From Candidatus Pacearchaeota archaeon (GTDB lineage: Archaea > Nanobdellota > Nanobdellia > Pacearchaeales > GW2011-AR1): a DNA stretch of 64,000 nt. The position numbers were made by a program, and so were the translations under genes. How positions within the stretch are numbered: the stretch's first letter is position 1; every line of letters begins with the position of its first letter. The stretch spans positions 31,673 to 95,672 of the forward strand of contig JBAZJQ010000001.1 of NCBI GenBank assembly GCA_041651235.1, read 5' to 3'. Below the pieces are notes generated by a model, which saw nothing but the letters and a program-made list of their open reading frames with translations, was not told the origin of the DNA and searched no databases. Positions 49,062 to 58,944 of this stretch are shown in pieces.

Positions 49062-50396
49062 TCAAAACGTCAGTTTTCCTTCATCATGTATTAAATGAAC
49101 ATTTTTATCTTTTTTATAACCCATTTCTTCTGCTAATTCAGCCATAGGTGCTATTTTTTTATGATCTCCATGGGCCGGGACTATATGTTCAGGATTTATC
49201 ATATTGATAAAATCTCTTAAATCCTCCCTTCCTGCATGTCCTGAAACATGAACATTGTTAAACATTCTTATTCCTCTTTTTTTAAGTCTAGCATCTAATT
49301 TCTCTCGATTATCTATTGTTTCCGGTGTAGGGATTATTGAAGATGAAAAAATCAAGTGGTCCTGGCTTTGAAATTTAAATGGCAACTTATTTCTTGAAAT
49401 CCTATCTAAAATACTTCCCGGCTCTCCTTGATGTCCAGTACAAACAACAACATATTTTTCCCTTTCTTTATCAATTCTTTTTAGTGTTTTCTCTAATTGA
49501 TTTTTGAATGTAGCTATCTGGATATCTCTCCTAAATGGACACATATCTACTCTAACAGCAGATGAAACATATTTATTTAAACTTCTTCCTAAAAATATAA
49601 CTTGTCTGTTTAGTTGTTTTCCAAAATCTACAATTGATTTCAGTCTTGCAATATGAGAAGAGAATGTTGTAACAAAAAGTCCTGCATTATCATTTGTTGT
49701 TGTAAGCATAACATCTTCTAATAAAGAACGTGCAACTTTTTCACTTGCTGTTTTTCTTTCATCTCCTGAATAAAGAGAATCTACAATTAATGCTTTTACT
49801 CCCTGTTTTCCAAGTTCTTTTAGTTTCTCATAATTTGGTTTTTGTCCTAAAATAGGAGAATTATCAAACTTGAAATCATTAGAATAAAGAACAATTCCCT
49901 CAGGTGTATGGAGTGCTATCATAGATGTTTGAAGCGTTGAATGAGTTATGTTAACAAAATCCACTTGATATTTCCTATTTTTACCTTGAACATAAGTAGA
50001 TGAATTTGGATGCACTGTTTTTAAATGATTTCTGATTTGTATTTTTTCGTCATTTAATAATGTTTTGAGAACTTCAATTGTATAAGGGGTTCCAATTATA
50101 TCTGCATTATATCTATGAGCTAGATAAGGTAGTCCTCCGATATGATCTAGATGAGCATGGCTTGGAAGAATAGCTCTTACTTTGTGTCTTAAATTTAATT
50201 TGTCTAAAATATCATCTGAAGGTATTGCTTTTATTTCTCTTAGTCTTTTTTCTGTATAAACTTTTTCTGATTCTTCTAAAGCTACAATTGGAGGAAGAAA
50301 CACTCCACAATCAAAGATAATTACATCATCTCCTAAATCCACTGCAGTCATATTTTTTCCTACTTCATCAAATCCGCCAATTCCATAAATATTCAT
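49062..50396 (-). CDS. rnj: Ribonuclease J
   Basis: GGFDEVGKNMT, SHAHLDH, THS, TFSSH, GHQGE, HVSGH, PAHG. Confidence 0.93.
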   Translation of the reverse strand: MNIYGIGGFDEVGKNMTAVDLGDDVIIFDCGVFLPPIVALEESEKVYTEKRLREIKAIPSDDILDKLNLRHKVRAILPSHAHLDHIGGLPYLAHRYNADIIGTPYTIEVLKTLLNDEKIQIRNHLKTVHPNSSTYVQGKNRKYQVDFVNITHSTLQTSMIALHTPEGIVLYSNDFKFDNSPILGQKPNYEKLKELGKQGVKALIVDSLYSGDERKTASEKVARSLLEDVMLTTTNDNAGLFVTTFSSHIARLKSIVDFGKQLNRQVIFLGRSLNKYVSSAVRVDMCPFRRDIQIATFKNQLEKTLKRIDKEREKYVVVCTGHQGEPGSILDRISRNKLPFKFQSQDHLIFSSSIIPTPETIDNREKLDARLKKRGIRMFNNVHVSGHAGREDLRDFINMINPEHIVPAHGDHKKIAPMAELAEEMGYKKDKNVHLIHDEGKLTF

Positions 50397-50675
50397 TGTC
50401 TTCTTTACTCTTTTTTAATTATATCTTCTTTTTATTAAAATAATAACAGAAATCTGGTTTAAATAGGTTTGTTTGAATTATTGAATTTAGAAATTATCTT
50501 TGTTTGGAAGATTAGTTAGGCTTTTAATATAATCTTTACTAACTAATCTATATTTAAAAATATTAACTAATATATAAATATTGTGTAACTATTCTTTAAT
50601 TACTATATATTTCTAATTTATATTTGTTTTGGCTCAATTAACAATGTTTTTATAATCCAGAAATTATTTTTATTA

Positions 50676-51086
50676 ATGATTAAAAGAGGAATTAAGATCC
50701 ATCATAACTGGAAGTTGTTATTGATAATTATCTTATTGATAATACTAAGTATAACTTTATTTTACTTTGGTTATAAAAACGAAAAGGGATATTATTTATT
50801 AAATAATGATGGATGTGTAAAAATATATGTTTCTGATAAGGAATTAAATAATTATGATAAAGTTTATACAAATTTAGATGATTGTGAAAAAGAAATAAAT
50901 ACGTGTTCTGTGGATAGTGATTGTGTTCCGGATAGTTGTTGTCATGCCCAATCTTGTGTTTCATTAGATAAAAAGCCTGTTTGTGATAAAGTATTTTGCA
51001 GCCAGGTTTGTTCAGGACCTCTTGACTGCAATCAAGGTTCTTGTGAATGCATAAAAGGAAAATGCGGAGTTAAAACAAATGAATAA
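50676..51086 (+). CDS. Membrane-anchored Cys-cluster protein
   Basis: N-terminal TM; CSVDSDCVP..CCH...C..GKC. Confidence 0.7.
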   Translation: MIKRGIKIHHNWKLLLIIILLIILSITLFYFGYKNEKGYYLLNNDGCVKIYVSDKELNNYDKVYTNLDDCEKEINTCSVDSDCVPDSCCHAQSCVSLDKKPVCDKVFCSQVCSGPLDCNQGSCECIKGKCGVKTNE

Positions 51087-53496
51087 AAAATGGATTTTAG
51101 GATTTATTTTTGTATTTATTTTAATTGGAATTTTTTTAGTTAATTCTGAAAATATAAAAGAAAATAAAATCCAAAAAGAGGTTTATGAAAATTTAGAAGA
51201 AGAAACTCCTGTAATAATTGATGTTAAGGAAAATGTAGACAATAGCAAGATAATAGATAAATTAGATAATGAAGCAAGAGAATCTGGAGATCTAATTTCT
51301 GTGGAAGTTTCTAAGCAAGAATTAAAAGAGTTATCTGAAAATTCAGATATTGAAAAAATTTCTTATGTTCCTAAAATTAAAGCATTTTTGCAGGATGCTA
51401 TTCCTTTAATGAATGTAAGCAATGTTTGGGGTACTCAAATAAATGGAGTTAATATAACTGGAATAGATGAAACTGTTTGTATTTTGGATACTGGAATAAA
51501 TTTTGCACATACTGATTTAACTGGAAAAAATAAAACTTGTATTATTGATTGTTATAACCAAGATTGTGTTGAGAATTGCTCTGTTGCAGATGATAATGGA
51601 CATGGAACTCATGTAGCGGGAATTGTTGCTGCAACAGGAGGAATTCAAGGAATAGGAAAAAATATTAGTTTAATTGGAGTAAAAGTTTTAGATTTGAATG
51701 GAGATGCTCATGAAACTCATGGGGTATTAGATATAAAAAATGCAATTGATTGGTGCATTGCAAATAGGGTAACTTATAATATTTCTGTAATAAGTATGAG
51801 TTTAGGAACAACTAATGTTTACACTACTGCTTGTGATTCTACATTTTCAGATACATTTACTAAGTCTATTAATAATGCAACTTATTATAATATTTCTGTA
51901 ATTGTTGCAACAGGTAATGCAGGAAGTTCTATAGGCATTGCATCACCTGCCTGTATTCAAAATTCAACTGCTGTTGGGGCAACAGACAAAAGTGATGTTG
52001 TTGCTAGTTATTCAAATAGAAATAGTTTAACTGATTTATTTGCAATAGGAAGTTCAATTAATTCTACTTTTGCAGGAGGAAGTTGTTTAATCGGATGTAG
52101 TTGTTCTGGAAATTATATGATTTGTTCTGGAACTTCGATGGCAACACCAATGGTTGCAGGTGCTGCTGCATTATTAAAACAATTTTATAGATTACAAGAA
52201 AATAGAGTTGCAAAACCTTCTGAAATTCAAAATCTCTTAAACTTAACTGGAAAACAAATTATTGATGCAGGTTCTGGATTAACTTTTTCAAGGATTGATG
52301 TTTATTCTGCTTTATGGAATATAACGAAAATTCCAAGCATAACTTCCAAAAGTCCTGCAAATAATTATTATATTAACCTCGCAAATCAAAATCAAACTTT
52401 TATTTGCAATACAAGTAGTATTAATTATAATTTAAAGAACATAACTTTTTATTTGTGGAATTCAACTGCATTGGTTAATAAATCCAATCTAAGTATAACG
52501 GGATTAACTAATTCTTCTATATTTTATTATAATTTTACAATTGAGGATTCATATAAATGGGATTGTGTTGCTTATAATATTCAGAATTTTTCAAATACCT
52601 ACTCTAATTATACTATATTTTATGATTTAACAAAACCAGTAATTAATTTGACTTCTCCTGCAAATGCAACAACTGAAACATCTTCAAATAGTATTACATT
52701 TAGTTATAATGTTTCTGATTTATCTGTTAGCAACTGCAGTTTAATAATAGATAATGTAATTGATCAGACAAATGATTCTATTGAAGTTAATTCAATTAAT
52801 TCTTTTACAAAAACAATGAGTAATGGAAATTATTTATGGAGTGTTAATTGCACTGATTCTGCTAATAATATAAATTCAAGTGAAACCAGGAATTTGACTG
52901 TTAGTTACACTGCTCCTGTTGTTAATGACAATGGGGGAGGCGGTGGTGGGGGAGGAGGAAGTCCTAAATACAAAACCTTTGTTGTAAGTGCTGAACAAGT
53001 TTCTGCTGGATATTCGAATACTTTATCTAAAGATGATAAAATAAAATTTGTGTTTTTTGATTCTTCTTCAGGGGAACATACATTGACTTTAAATGAAGTT
53101 GGAACTAATTATATTAACATAACTTTAAGAAGCAATCCAATTAATTTAAAATTAGGAATTGGACAAAGTGCAAAATTGAATTTAACTACTTCGGATTATT
53201 ATGATTTGTATGTTAAATTAAATTCTATTTCCAATTCAAAGGCAGATATTACCATTCAAACAATTAATGAAAAAATACCAAATACAATAACGGGGAATGT
53301 TGTTAATGAAGAAGATAATGCAGAAAAGGAAAAACCTACTTCTGAAAATGGAAAGAATTATGTTGCTATTATCAAAGATATCTTATTAGTAATACTTATA
53401 ATTGCTGTTGTTGTTATATTATCTATAAAAACAAATAAAAAACAAGAAGCCTTAAAAAAGTATAAAGAAAAGTTTAAAGAGATGAAGAAAAAATGA
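51079..53496 (+). CDS. Subtilisin-like S8 serine protease, surface anchored
   Basis: LDTG, HGTHVAG, GTSMATP; Ig-like domains, poly-Gly linker, C-terminal TM. Confidence 0.93.
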   Translation: MNKKWILGFIFVFILIGIFLVNSENIKENKIQKEVYENLEEETPVIIDVKENVDNSKIIDKLDNEARESGDLISVEVSKQELKELSENSDIEKISYVPKIKAFLQDAIPLMNVSNVWGTQINGVNITGIDETVCILDTGINFAHTDLTGKNKTCIIDCYNQDCVENCSVADDNGHGTHVAGIVAATGGIQGIGKNISLIGVKVLDLNGDAHETHGVLDIKNAIDWCIANRVTYNISVISMSLGTTNVYTTACDSTFSDTFTKSINNATYYNISVIVATGNAGSSIGIASPACIQNSTAVGATDKSDVVASYSNRNSLTDLFAIGSSINSTFAGGSCLIGCSCSGNYMICSGTSMATPMVAGAAALLKQFYRLQENRVAKPSEIQNLLNLTGKQIIDAGSGLTFSRIDVYSALWNITKIPSITSKSPANNYYINLANQNQTFICNTSSINYNLKNITFYLWNSTALVNKSNLSITGLTNSSIFYYNFTIEDSYKWDCVAYNIQNFSNTYSNYTIFYDLTKPVINLTSPANATTETSSNSITFSYNVSDLSVSNCSLIIDNVIDQTNDSIEVNSINSFTKTMSNGNYLWSVNCTDSANNINSSETRNLTVSYTAPVVNDNGGGGGGGGGSPKYKTFVVSAEQVSAGYSNTLSKDDKIKFVFFDSSSGEHTLTLNEVGTNYINITLRSNPINLKLGIGQSAKLNLTTSDYYDLYVKLNSISNSKADITIQTINEKIPNTITGNVVNEEDNAEKEKPTSENGKNYVAIIKDILLVILIIAVVVILSIKTNKKQEALKKYKEKFKEMKKK

Positions 53497-53768
53497 AACC
53501 ATTAAAACCATCACACAGAGAAAAGAAAAGATATCTTTTGATTAAAGGAAAAGATGCAGATAAGAAAAACATAGATGAATCTATATTAGAATATATTGGT
53601 ATTTTGGGTTTTGCAGAAGCAAGTCCTCAAGTTATCAAAACAAATAAAGGTTCAGTTGTCCTTGCTATTAATAGAAATTCTCTTGACAAAATTAGGGCTA
53701 GTTTTGTTATGGGTGGAAAGGATATTTCTGTTGTTAAGGTAAGCGGAAGTGTGGGGAATTTGATATAA
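53493..53768 (+). CDS. rnp2: RNase P protein Pop5/Rpp14
   Basis: KPLKPSHREKKRYL...G.LG...VSGS; upstream of psmA. Confidence 0.8.
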   Translation: MKPLKPSHREKKRYLLIKGKDADKKNIDESILEYIGILGFAEASPQVIKTNKGSVVLAINRNSLDKIRASFVMGGKDISVVKVSGSVGNLI

Positions 53769-54404
53769 TTATTTTTTAAAAAAATCAAATATCTTTGAGA
53801 CTAATCCCTTTTTAGGGAAATATTTAGTTACTAAAAAATTATTGGGATTTGCTTTATATTGTTCAAAGTCTTCAGTAGATTTAAACTCAAATAAGATCTC
53901 TGATTTTACATCTTCTAATTCTTCATGATTACCAAGACAAGAAACAAGTGAATCTATAAATGCACAATTTGGCTGAATTGCATAAAATGGTTTTTGTTTT
54001 TTTGATTGAGAGTCATAATATGCTTTTGCTACTCTTACATTATCTCGGGATTTATAATTACATTCATTTTGTATTTTAGAAGCATCAGGAATTATTGTTG
54101 TCTGAAAACCCATTAGATCAAAAATAGTTTTATTAGAATAATTACAAAATAAACAATTTTGACTAAAAGAACTTGGATCTGCTAATCCTCTTTGTTTAGA
54201 CATTTCAATAATCTCGTTATAATAATCTAATCCTCGATTAATTAATTCATTAGTAGTTATTGCGTAAACTTGATCATTATATTGAATCACTAATTTATTA
54301 GCAGATTTGTTTATTGGTCTTTTTTTGGGGATTGGACCAACTGAAGCTAAAACTTTCATTTCTTGAGGATTTGTTCTAGAATTAAATTCATTAGGATTAG
54401 TCAT
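53769..54404 (-). CDS. Hypothetical protein
   Basis: 211-aa ORF with CxxC and further Cys. Confidence 0.6.
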   Translation of the reverse strand: MTNPNEFNSRTNPQEMKVLASVGPIPKKRPINKSANKLVIQYNDQVYAITTNELINRGLDYYNEIIEMSKQRGLADPSSFSQNCLFCNYSNKTIFDLMGFQTTIIPDASKIQNECNYKSRDNVRVAKAYYDSQSKKQKPFYAIQPNCAFIDSLVSCLGNHEELEDVKSEILFEFKSTEDFEQYKANPNNFLVTKYFPKKGLVSKIFDFFKK

Positions 54405-54591
54405 TAATTTCTATTCTAAATTGAGTTTAAATAAATTATCATTTTATACTATGCAAATAGTCTAGATTCGATTATCGCAATCTTTTTAAACCCTTTAATC
54501 CTATGAAATTTATAGGAGAAAATACAGTCTGATTTCAAAGGAATAACTTCTTTGATTATTTTCCTGAAATTGAGACAAAATAGATTATAAT

Positions 54592-55311
54592 ATGGAAATA
54601 CCAGATATGCAACACCAAGTAATGGGTTATGATAGAAGTGCTACTATGTTTGCACCTGATGGACATATTCTTCAAGTAGAATATGCAGAAAAAACAGTTA
54701 GGCTTGGAAGTGCAAGTATTGGAATAAAAACTTCTGATGGAGTGATAATTATCGCAGATAAAGGTAAGAAAGATGACCTAATTATACCTGAATCAGCAGA
54801 TAAAATTCATGAAATTGATGAACATGTTATGACTAGTGCTGCTGGAATATTATCTGATGCAAGAGTTTTAATTAATCATGTAAGAGTTACTGCTCAACAA
54901 CATAGAGTTACTTACGATTCTCCAATAGATGCTGAATCAATTATAAGAGAAATTTCAGATATTCAACAACAATTTACACAACATCCTGGTGCAAGACCTT
55001 TTGGAGTAGCTGTGATGGTTGCTGGAAAAACAGGAAATGAATGTAGATTATATACCAGCGATATAACTGGAAATTATTTTGAATATAATGCTATTGCAAT
55101 TGGGGAAAACGATACTAAAATAAAAGAATTATTAAGAAAAAAATATAAGAAAGATTTGGAAATTGAATCGGGGATAAAATTGGGGTTAGAAATCTTCAAT
55201 GAAGTTCTTGGAGACAAATTTGATTTAAATAGATTTAATGTAGCTTATATAAAAAATGATGAATCAAAATTACACAGAGTGAAAGGAGAAGAATTAAACA
55301 AATATAAATAA
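54592..55311 (+). CDS. psmA: Proteasome alpha subunit
   Basis: GYDRSATMFAPDGHILQVEYA, RPFGV. Confidence 0.96.
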   Translation: MEIPDMQHQVMGYDRSATMFAPDGHILQVEYAEKTVRLGSASIGIKTSDGVIIIADKGKKDDLIIPESADKIHEIDEHVMTSAAGILSDARVLINHVRVTAQQHRVTYDSPIDAESIIREISDIQQQFTQHPGARPFGVAVMVAGKTGNECRLYTSDITGNYFEYNAIAIGENDTKIKELLRKKYKKDLEIESGIKLGLEIFNEVLGDKFDLNRFNVAYIKNDESKLHRVKGEELNKYK

Positions 55312-55312
55312 G

Positions 55313-55726
55313 ATGAAAACATATGTTCAATTATACAATATAAAATCTAGTCAAGATAGCCCTGCAGTAAGTAATATTTCAAAAAATATTCATCAAGCAA
55401 TAAAAAATTGGGAACCAGTTAATGATTTTATTAGAAGATTTTCAGATGTAGATATTGTAGTTATAGCAAATGATAGACTTTCTCTTAATACTCACAAATG
55501 TTATTTTCAATTAAATAATGTAAGTGGGGAAATTGCGATTAATTTTGAAAAAAATGTTAGTCAGACAATTATCCCTTTATATGGAGAGTCTTTTGAAGAA
55601 GCAGTTTACAAACCTCATCATTCTTCTATTAAATTATTTGGATCTGAAAAAGCAAATGTTGAAAAAGTTAAAGAAACATTAGAAAATAAATTTGGAATAG
55701 ACCTTAATAGGTTTTTAGTTGGATAA
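55313..55726 (+). CDS. Hypothetical protein
   Basis: 137 aa; tightly packed in the operon. Confidence 0.6.
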   Translation: MKTYVQLYNIKSSQDSPAVSNISKNIHQAIKNWEPVNDFIRRFSDVDIVVIANDRLSLNTHKCYFQLNNVSGEIAINFEKNVSQTIIPLYGESFEEAVYKPHHSSIKLFGSEKANVEKVKETLENKFGIDLNRFLVG

Positions 55727-56003
55727 AATGATCCTTCAAGAATTATACAAACCAAAATTAGGTAACTTAAACCTACCTGAAACGAGAGAGTTTATTATTA
55801 CTTATTTAAAATCTGAGGTAAATAAGAACATTTATCCTATGTTTCAAAATAATCATGGAGTATATTCCTTAGATAGTCCTGCTGGAACTTCAATAAGAAT
55901 TTTAGATGATGGAACCATTAGAATAATGAGCAGAAAACAAAGATATATTCATAGAGCTAAATCTAAATTATTAAAAATGATAAACGGGTTAGAATTAAAT
56001 TAA
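55719..56003 (+). CDS. Hypothetical protein
   Basis: 94 aa; start may be ATG 55728. Confidence 0.55.
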   Translation: MDKMILQELYKPKLGNLNLPETREFIITYLKSEVNKNIYPMFQNNHGVYSLDSPAGTSIRILDDGTIRIMSRKQRYIHRAKSKLLKMINGLELN

Positions 56004-56004
56004 A

Positions 56005-56682
56005 ATGACAGACACAACAGCAAGATTAAGAAGAGGAAGCAAGATTTTTGAGACAATGGTTAATTTAGAATCAGCAATGAAATTGAGAAGAGGCGAGGCT
56101 GTTGGAATTAGTGAAGTTTCAAGAGATAATGCAATTTATACTAACTTAAAATCAGGAATGAGAGCTGCAAGCAAAGATTTAGAAGAGGCTTTTGGAACAT
56201 CTGATTTTTTAGAAATTGTTAAAAAAATTGTTGAAAAAGGAGAACTAGAAGTTACTCAAGAATTTAGAGATGAAGCTCTTGAAAAGAAAAGACGACAAAT
56301 TGTTGATTTTTTAACTAAAAATGGAATTGATGCAAGAACAAATAGGCCATTTACTGCGGATATGATTGAGAGTGCAATGAAACAAGCAGGAGTAAAAATT
56401 GATAACCAAACTGTTGAAAAACAAATTGGGGGCATAATAGAAACATTAAAAAAGGCTATTCCAATTAAAATAGAAACAAAGAAAATTAAGATTAAAATCC
56501 CTAGTCAACATACAGGAAAAGTGTATGGACTTTTACAAGAATACAGAGAAAAAGAAACTTGGCTAGGAAGCGGGGATTTAGAAGTTATTCTAAATATTCC
56601 AGTAGGATTACAATCTGATTTTTATGATAAACTAAATAGCGTAACACATGGTTCAGCTATTACAGAGGAAATAAGAGAATAA
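56005..56682 (+). CDS. SBDS/Sdo1 ribosome maturation protein
   Basis: ARL..G.K.FE, LEEAFGTSD, IPIKIE, PVGLQ..FYDKLN..THG. Confidence 0.93.
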   Translation: MTDTTARLRRGSKIFETMVNLESAMKLRRGEAVGISEVSRDNAIYTNLKSGMRAASKDLEEAFGTSDFLEIVKKIVEKGELEVTQEFRDEALEKKRRQIVDFLTKNGIDARTNRPFTADMIESAMKQAGVKIDNQTVEKQIGGIIETLKKAIPIKIETKKIKIKIPSQHTGKVYGLLQEYREKETWLGSGDLEVILNIPVGLQSDFYDKLNSVTHGSAITEEIRE

Positions 56683-56683
56683 A

Positions 56684-57406
56684 ATGGAACAAATGAATAC
56701 CGAACAAGAAAATATGCAAGAAGAAATAGAAGAAACTACAGAATCAGCAATTGAAAGAAGATTAGTAACACCTGGAGAAGTTATTGTTTCAGGAGAAGAT
56801 TATTTGCCTGGAGATTTTACTAGAAAAGAAGGAAATGAGATAATTGCAAATAGATATGGATTAGCAGAAGAAAGCAGAAGAATTGTAAGGATTATTCCTA
56901 TTTCTGGTGTTTTTGATCCAAGAAAAGGAAATAGTGTTATTGGAAGAGTAGAAGATATTACCTTTAGTGGATGGTTGATTAATATTGATGCTCCCTATTC
57001 AGCATTCTTACCTATAATGGAATCTCCAAGATTTGTTAATAAAAATAATTTGCATGAATTTGCAAATATTGGGGATATGATTAATGCTAAAATATTTAGT
57101 GTTAAAAGAAATAGTATTGATTTAACATTAAAATCAAGAGGATTAGGGGTTTTAGAAGGCGGAAGAATAATTAAAATAAATCCTAATAAAGTTCCAAGAG
57201 TAATTGGAAAAGAAGGAAGCATGATTAATTTAATAAAAGATTCAACTCAAACTCAAATAACTGTTGGACAAAATGGAATTATCTGGATTAAAGGAGAATT
57301 AGATGGAGAAAAGAAAGCAGAAGATGCAATAAGATTAATTGAAAAGGAATCTGCTTCATCAGGATTAACTGATATTATAGAAAAATTTTTAGGGAGAAAA
57401 AGATAA
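56684..57406 (+). CDS. rrp4: Exosome RNA-binding subunit Rrp4
   Basis: VTPGE, S1 domain, KVPRVIGKEGSMI KH domain, GQNG.IW. Confidence 0.95.
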   Translation: MEQMNTEQENMQEEIEETTESAIERRLVTPGEVIVSGEDYLPGDFTRKEGNEIIANRYGLAEESRRIVRIIPISGVFDPRKGNSVIGRVEDITFSGWLINIDAPYSAFLPIMESPRFVNKNNLHEFANIGDMINAKIFSVKRNSIDLTLKSRGLGVLEGGRIIKINPNKVPRVIGKEGSMINLIKDSTQTQITVGQNGIIWIKGELDGEKKAEDAIRLIEKESASSGLTDIIEKFLGRKR

Positions 57407-57407
57407 A

Positions 57408-58118
57408 ATGTCATACACAAAAAGATTAGATGGGAGAAAAGCTGATGAACTTAGATCGATTACTGCTAAAGTAGGAATTGTTCCAAATGCAGATGGAAGT
57501 GCAATGTTTGGATTTGGGGATACTATTGCAATAGCTGCTGTTTTTGGTCCAAAACCATTACATCCACAACATATGCAAGACCCTGAAAGAGGAATTGTAA
57601 GATGCAATTATAATATGTTACCTTTTTCAGTTACTGAAAGAGCAAGGCCAGGACCAAGCAGAAGAAGCAAAGAAATCAGCACAATTAGTGAATGGGCATT
57701 ATCAAAAGTTATTGATTTAAAGAGATTCCCTGGAACTGTTATTGATATTGAAATTATGATTTTACAAGCAAATGCATCAACAAGATGCGCTGGAATTAAT
57801 GCTGCTGCAATGGCTTTGGCTCATGCAGGAGTTATTATGAAAGAAATGGTTTCAAGTGTTTCGATTGGAAAAATCGATGATAAAATAGTTAGTGATATAA
57901 CTAAAGCAGAAGAAGATTATCATGAAGGAGAAGGAGCAACAGATATTCCTTTTTCAATAACTTCAAGAAGCCAAAAAATAACTCATCTTCAATTAGATGG
58001 AAAAATACAAACTGCAAGATTTAAAGAAGCAATTGAAGCTGCAAAAAAAGCTTGCAAAAAAGTTCATGAATATCAAGTAAGAGCATTAAAAGGAGAAGAT
58101 ATAAACGAAAATAAATAA
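57408..58118 (+). CDS. rrp41: Exosome subunit Rrp41
   Basis: RLDGRKADELR, ADGSA, YNMLPFS..ER.RPGPSRR, STRCAGINAA. Confidence 0.95.
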   Translation: MSYTKRLDGRKADELRSITAKVGIVPNADGSAMFGFGDTIAIAAVFGPKPLHPQHMQDPERGIVRCNYNMLPFSVTERARPGPSRRSKEISTISEWALSKVIDLKRFPGTVIDIEIMILQANASTRCAGINAAAMALAHAGVIMKEMVSSVSIGKIDDKIVSDITKAEEDYHEGEGATDIPFSITSRSQKITHLQLDGKIQTARFKEAIEAAKKACKKVHEYQVRALKGEDINENK

Positions 58119-58121
58119 AAT

Positions 58122-58943
58122 ATGGAAATATCAAATATAACTAAACGAGCAATTGCAGAACTTTTGAAACAAGACAAAAGATTAGATGGAAGAAATCCTC
58201 TTGATTATAGAGACATTGTTGTTGAAACTAATATTTCAAAAAATGCAGAGGGAACTGCAAGAGTAAGAATAGGAAAAACAGAAGTTATTGTTGGAGTTAA
58301 AATGGATACTCAAGAACCTTATCCGGATCATGAAGATGAAGGAACCATGATGACTTCAATGGAATTCAGCCCAATTTGCGGTTCTAGATATGAATCAGGA
58401 CCTCCAAAAATGAATGCAATTGAAACAGCAAGAGTTGTTGATAGAGGAGTAAGAGAATCTGGATTTATTAACTGGAAAAAATTATGCATTAAAGAAGGAG
58501 AAAAAGTCTGGAGTATTTCAATTGATATTTATTGTATAAATGATGATGGAAATGTTTTAGATGCAAGTGCTATTGGTGCTGTAACTGCATTAAAACTTAC
58601 AAGATTACCTGTTTATGATGAAAAAGAAGGAAAAGTTAAATATGGTGAATTTACAGATGAAAAATTACCTTTAACAGATAATGTCCCATTTACAATGACT
58701 TTCTTTAAAATAGGAAATAAGATAATTATTGACCCTAATAGAGAAGAAGAAGACACTGCAAGTGCAAGAGTTACATTTGCTGTATCTAAAGGAAAAAAAG
58801 AACATATGATTAATGCTATGCAGAAAGGAGAAATGGATTCAGTTAGTGCTGATGAACTAATTGAAATGGTAAACTCTGCTGAAAAAGTATATGATGAATT
58901 ATTCCCTAAAATTGAGAAAAAAATCAAAAGTTTAGAAAAGTAA
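58122..58943 (+). CDS. rrp42: Exosome subunit Rrp42
   Basis: RLDGR...YR, AEGTARV, GPP...ETARVVDRGVRES, NDDGN. Confidence 0.95.
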   Translation: MEISNITKRAIAELLKQDKRLDGRNPLDYRDIVVETNISKNAEGTARVRIGKTEVIVGVKMDTQEPYPDHEDEGTMMTSMEFSPICGSRYESGPPKMNAIETARVVDRGVRESGFINWKKLCIKEGEKVWSISIDIYCINDDGNVLDASAIGAVTALKLTRLPVYDEKEGKVKYGEFTDEKLPLTDNVPFTMTFFKIGNKIIIDPNREEEDTASARVTFAVSKGKKEHMINAMQKGEMDSVSADELIEMVNSAEKVYDELFPKIEKKIKSLEK

Positions 58944-58944
58944 A

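Noticed and set aside
52933..52960. G-rich tract
   Set aside because: Encodes the poly-Gly linker of the subtilase.
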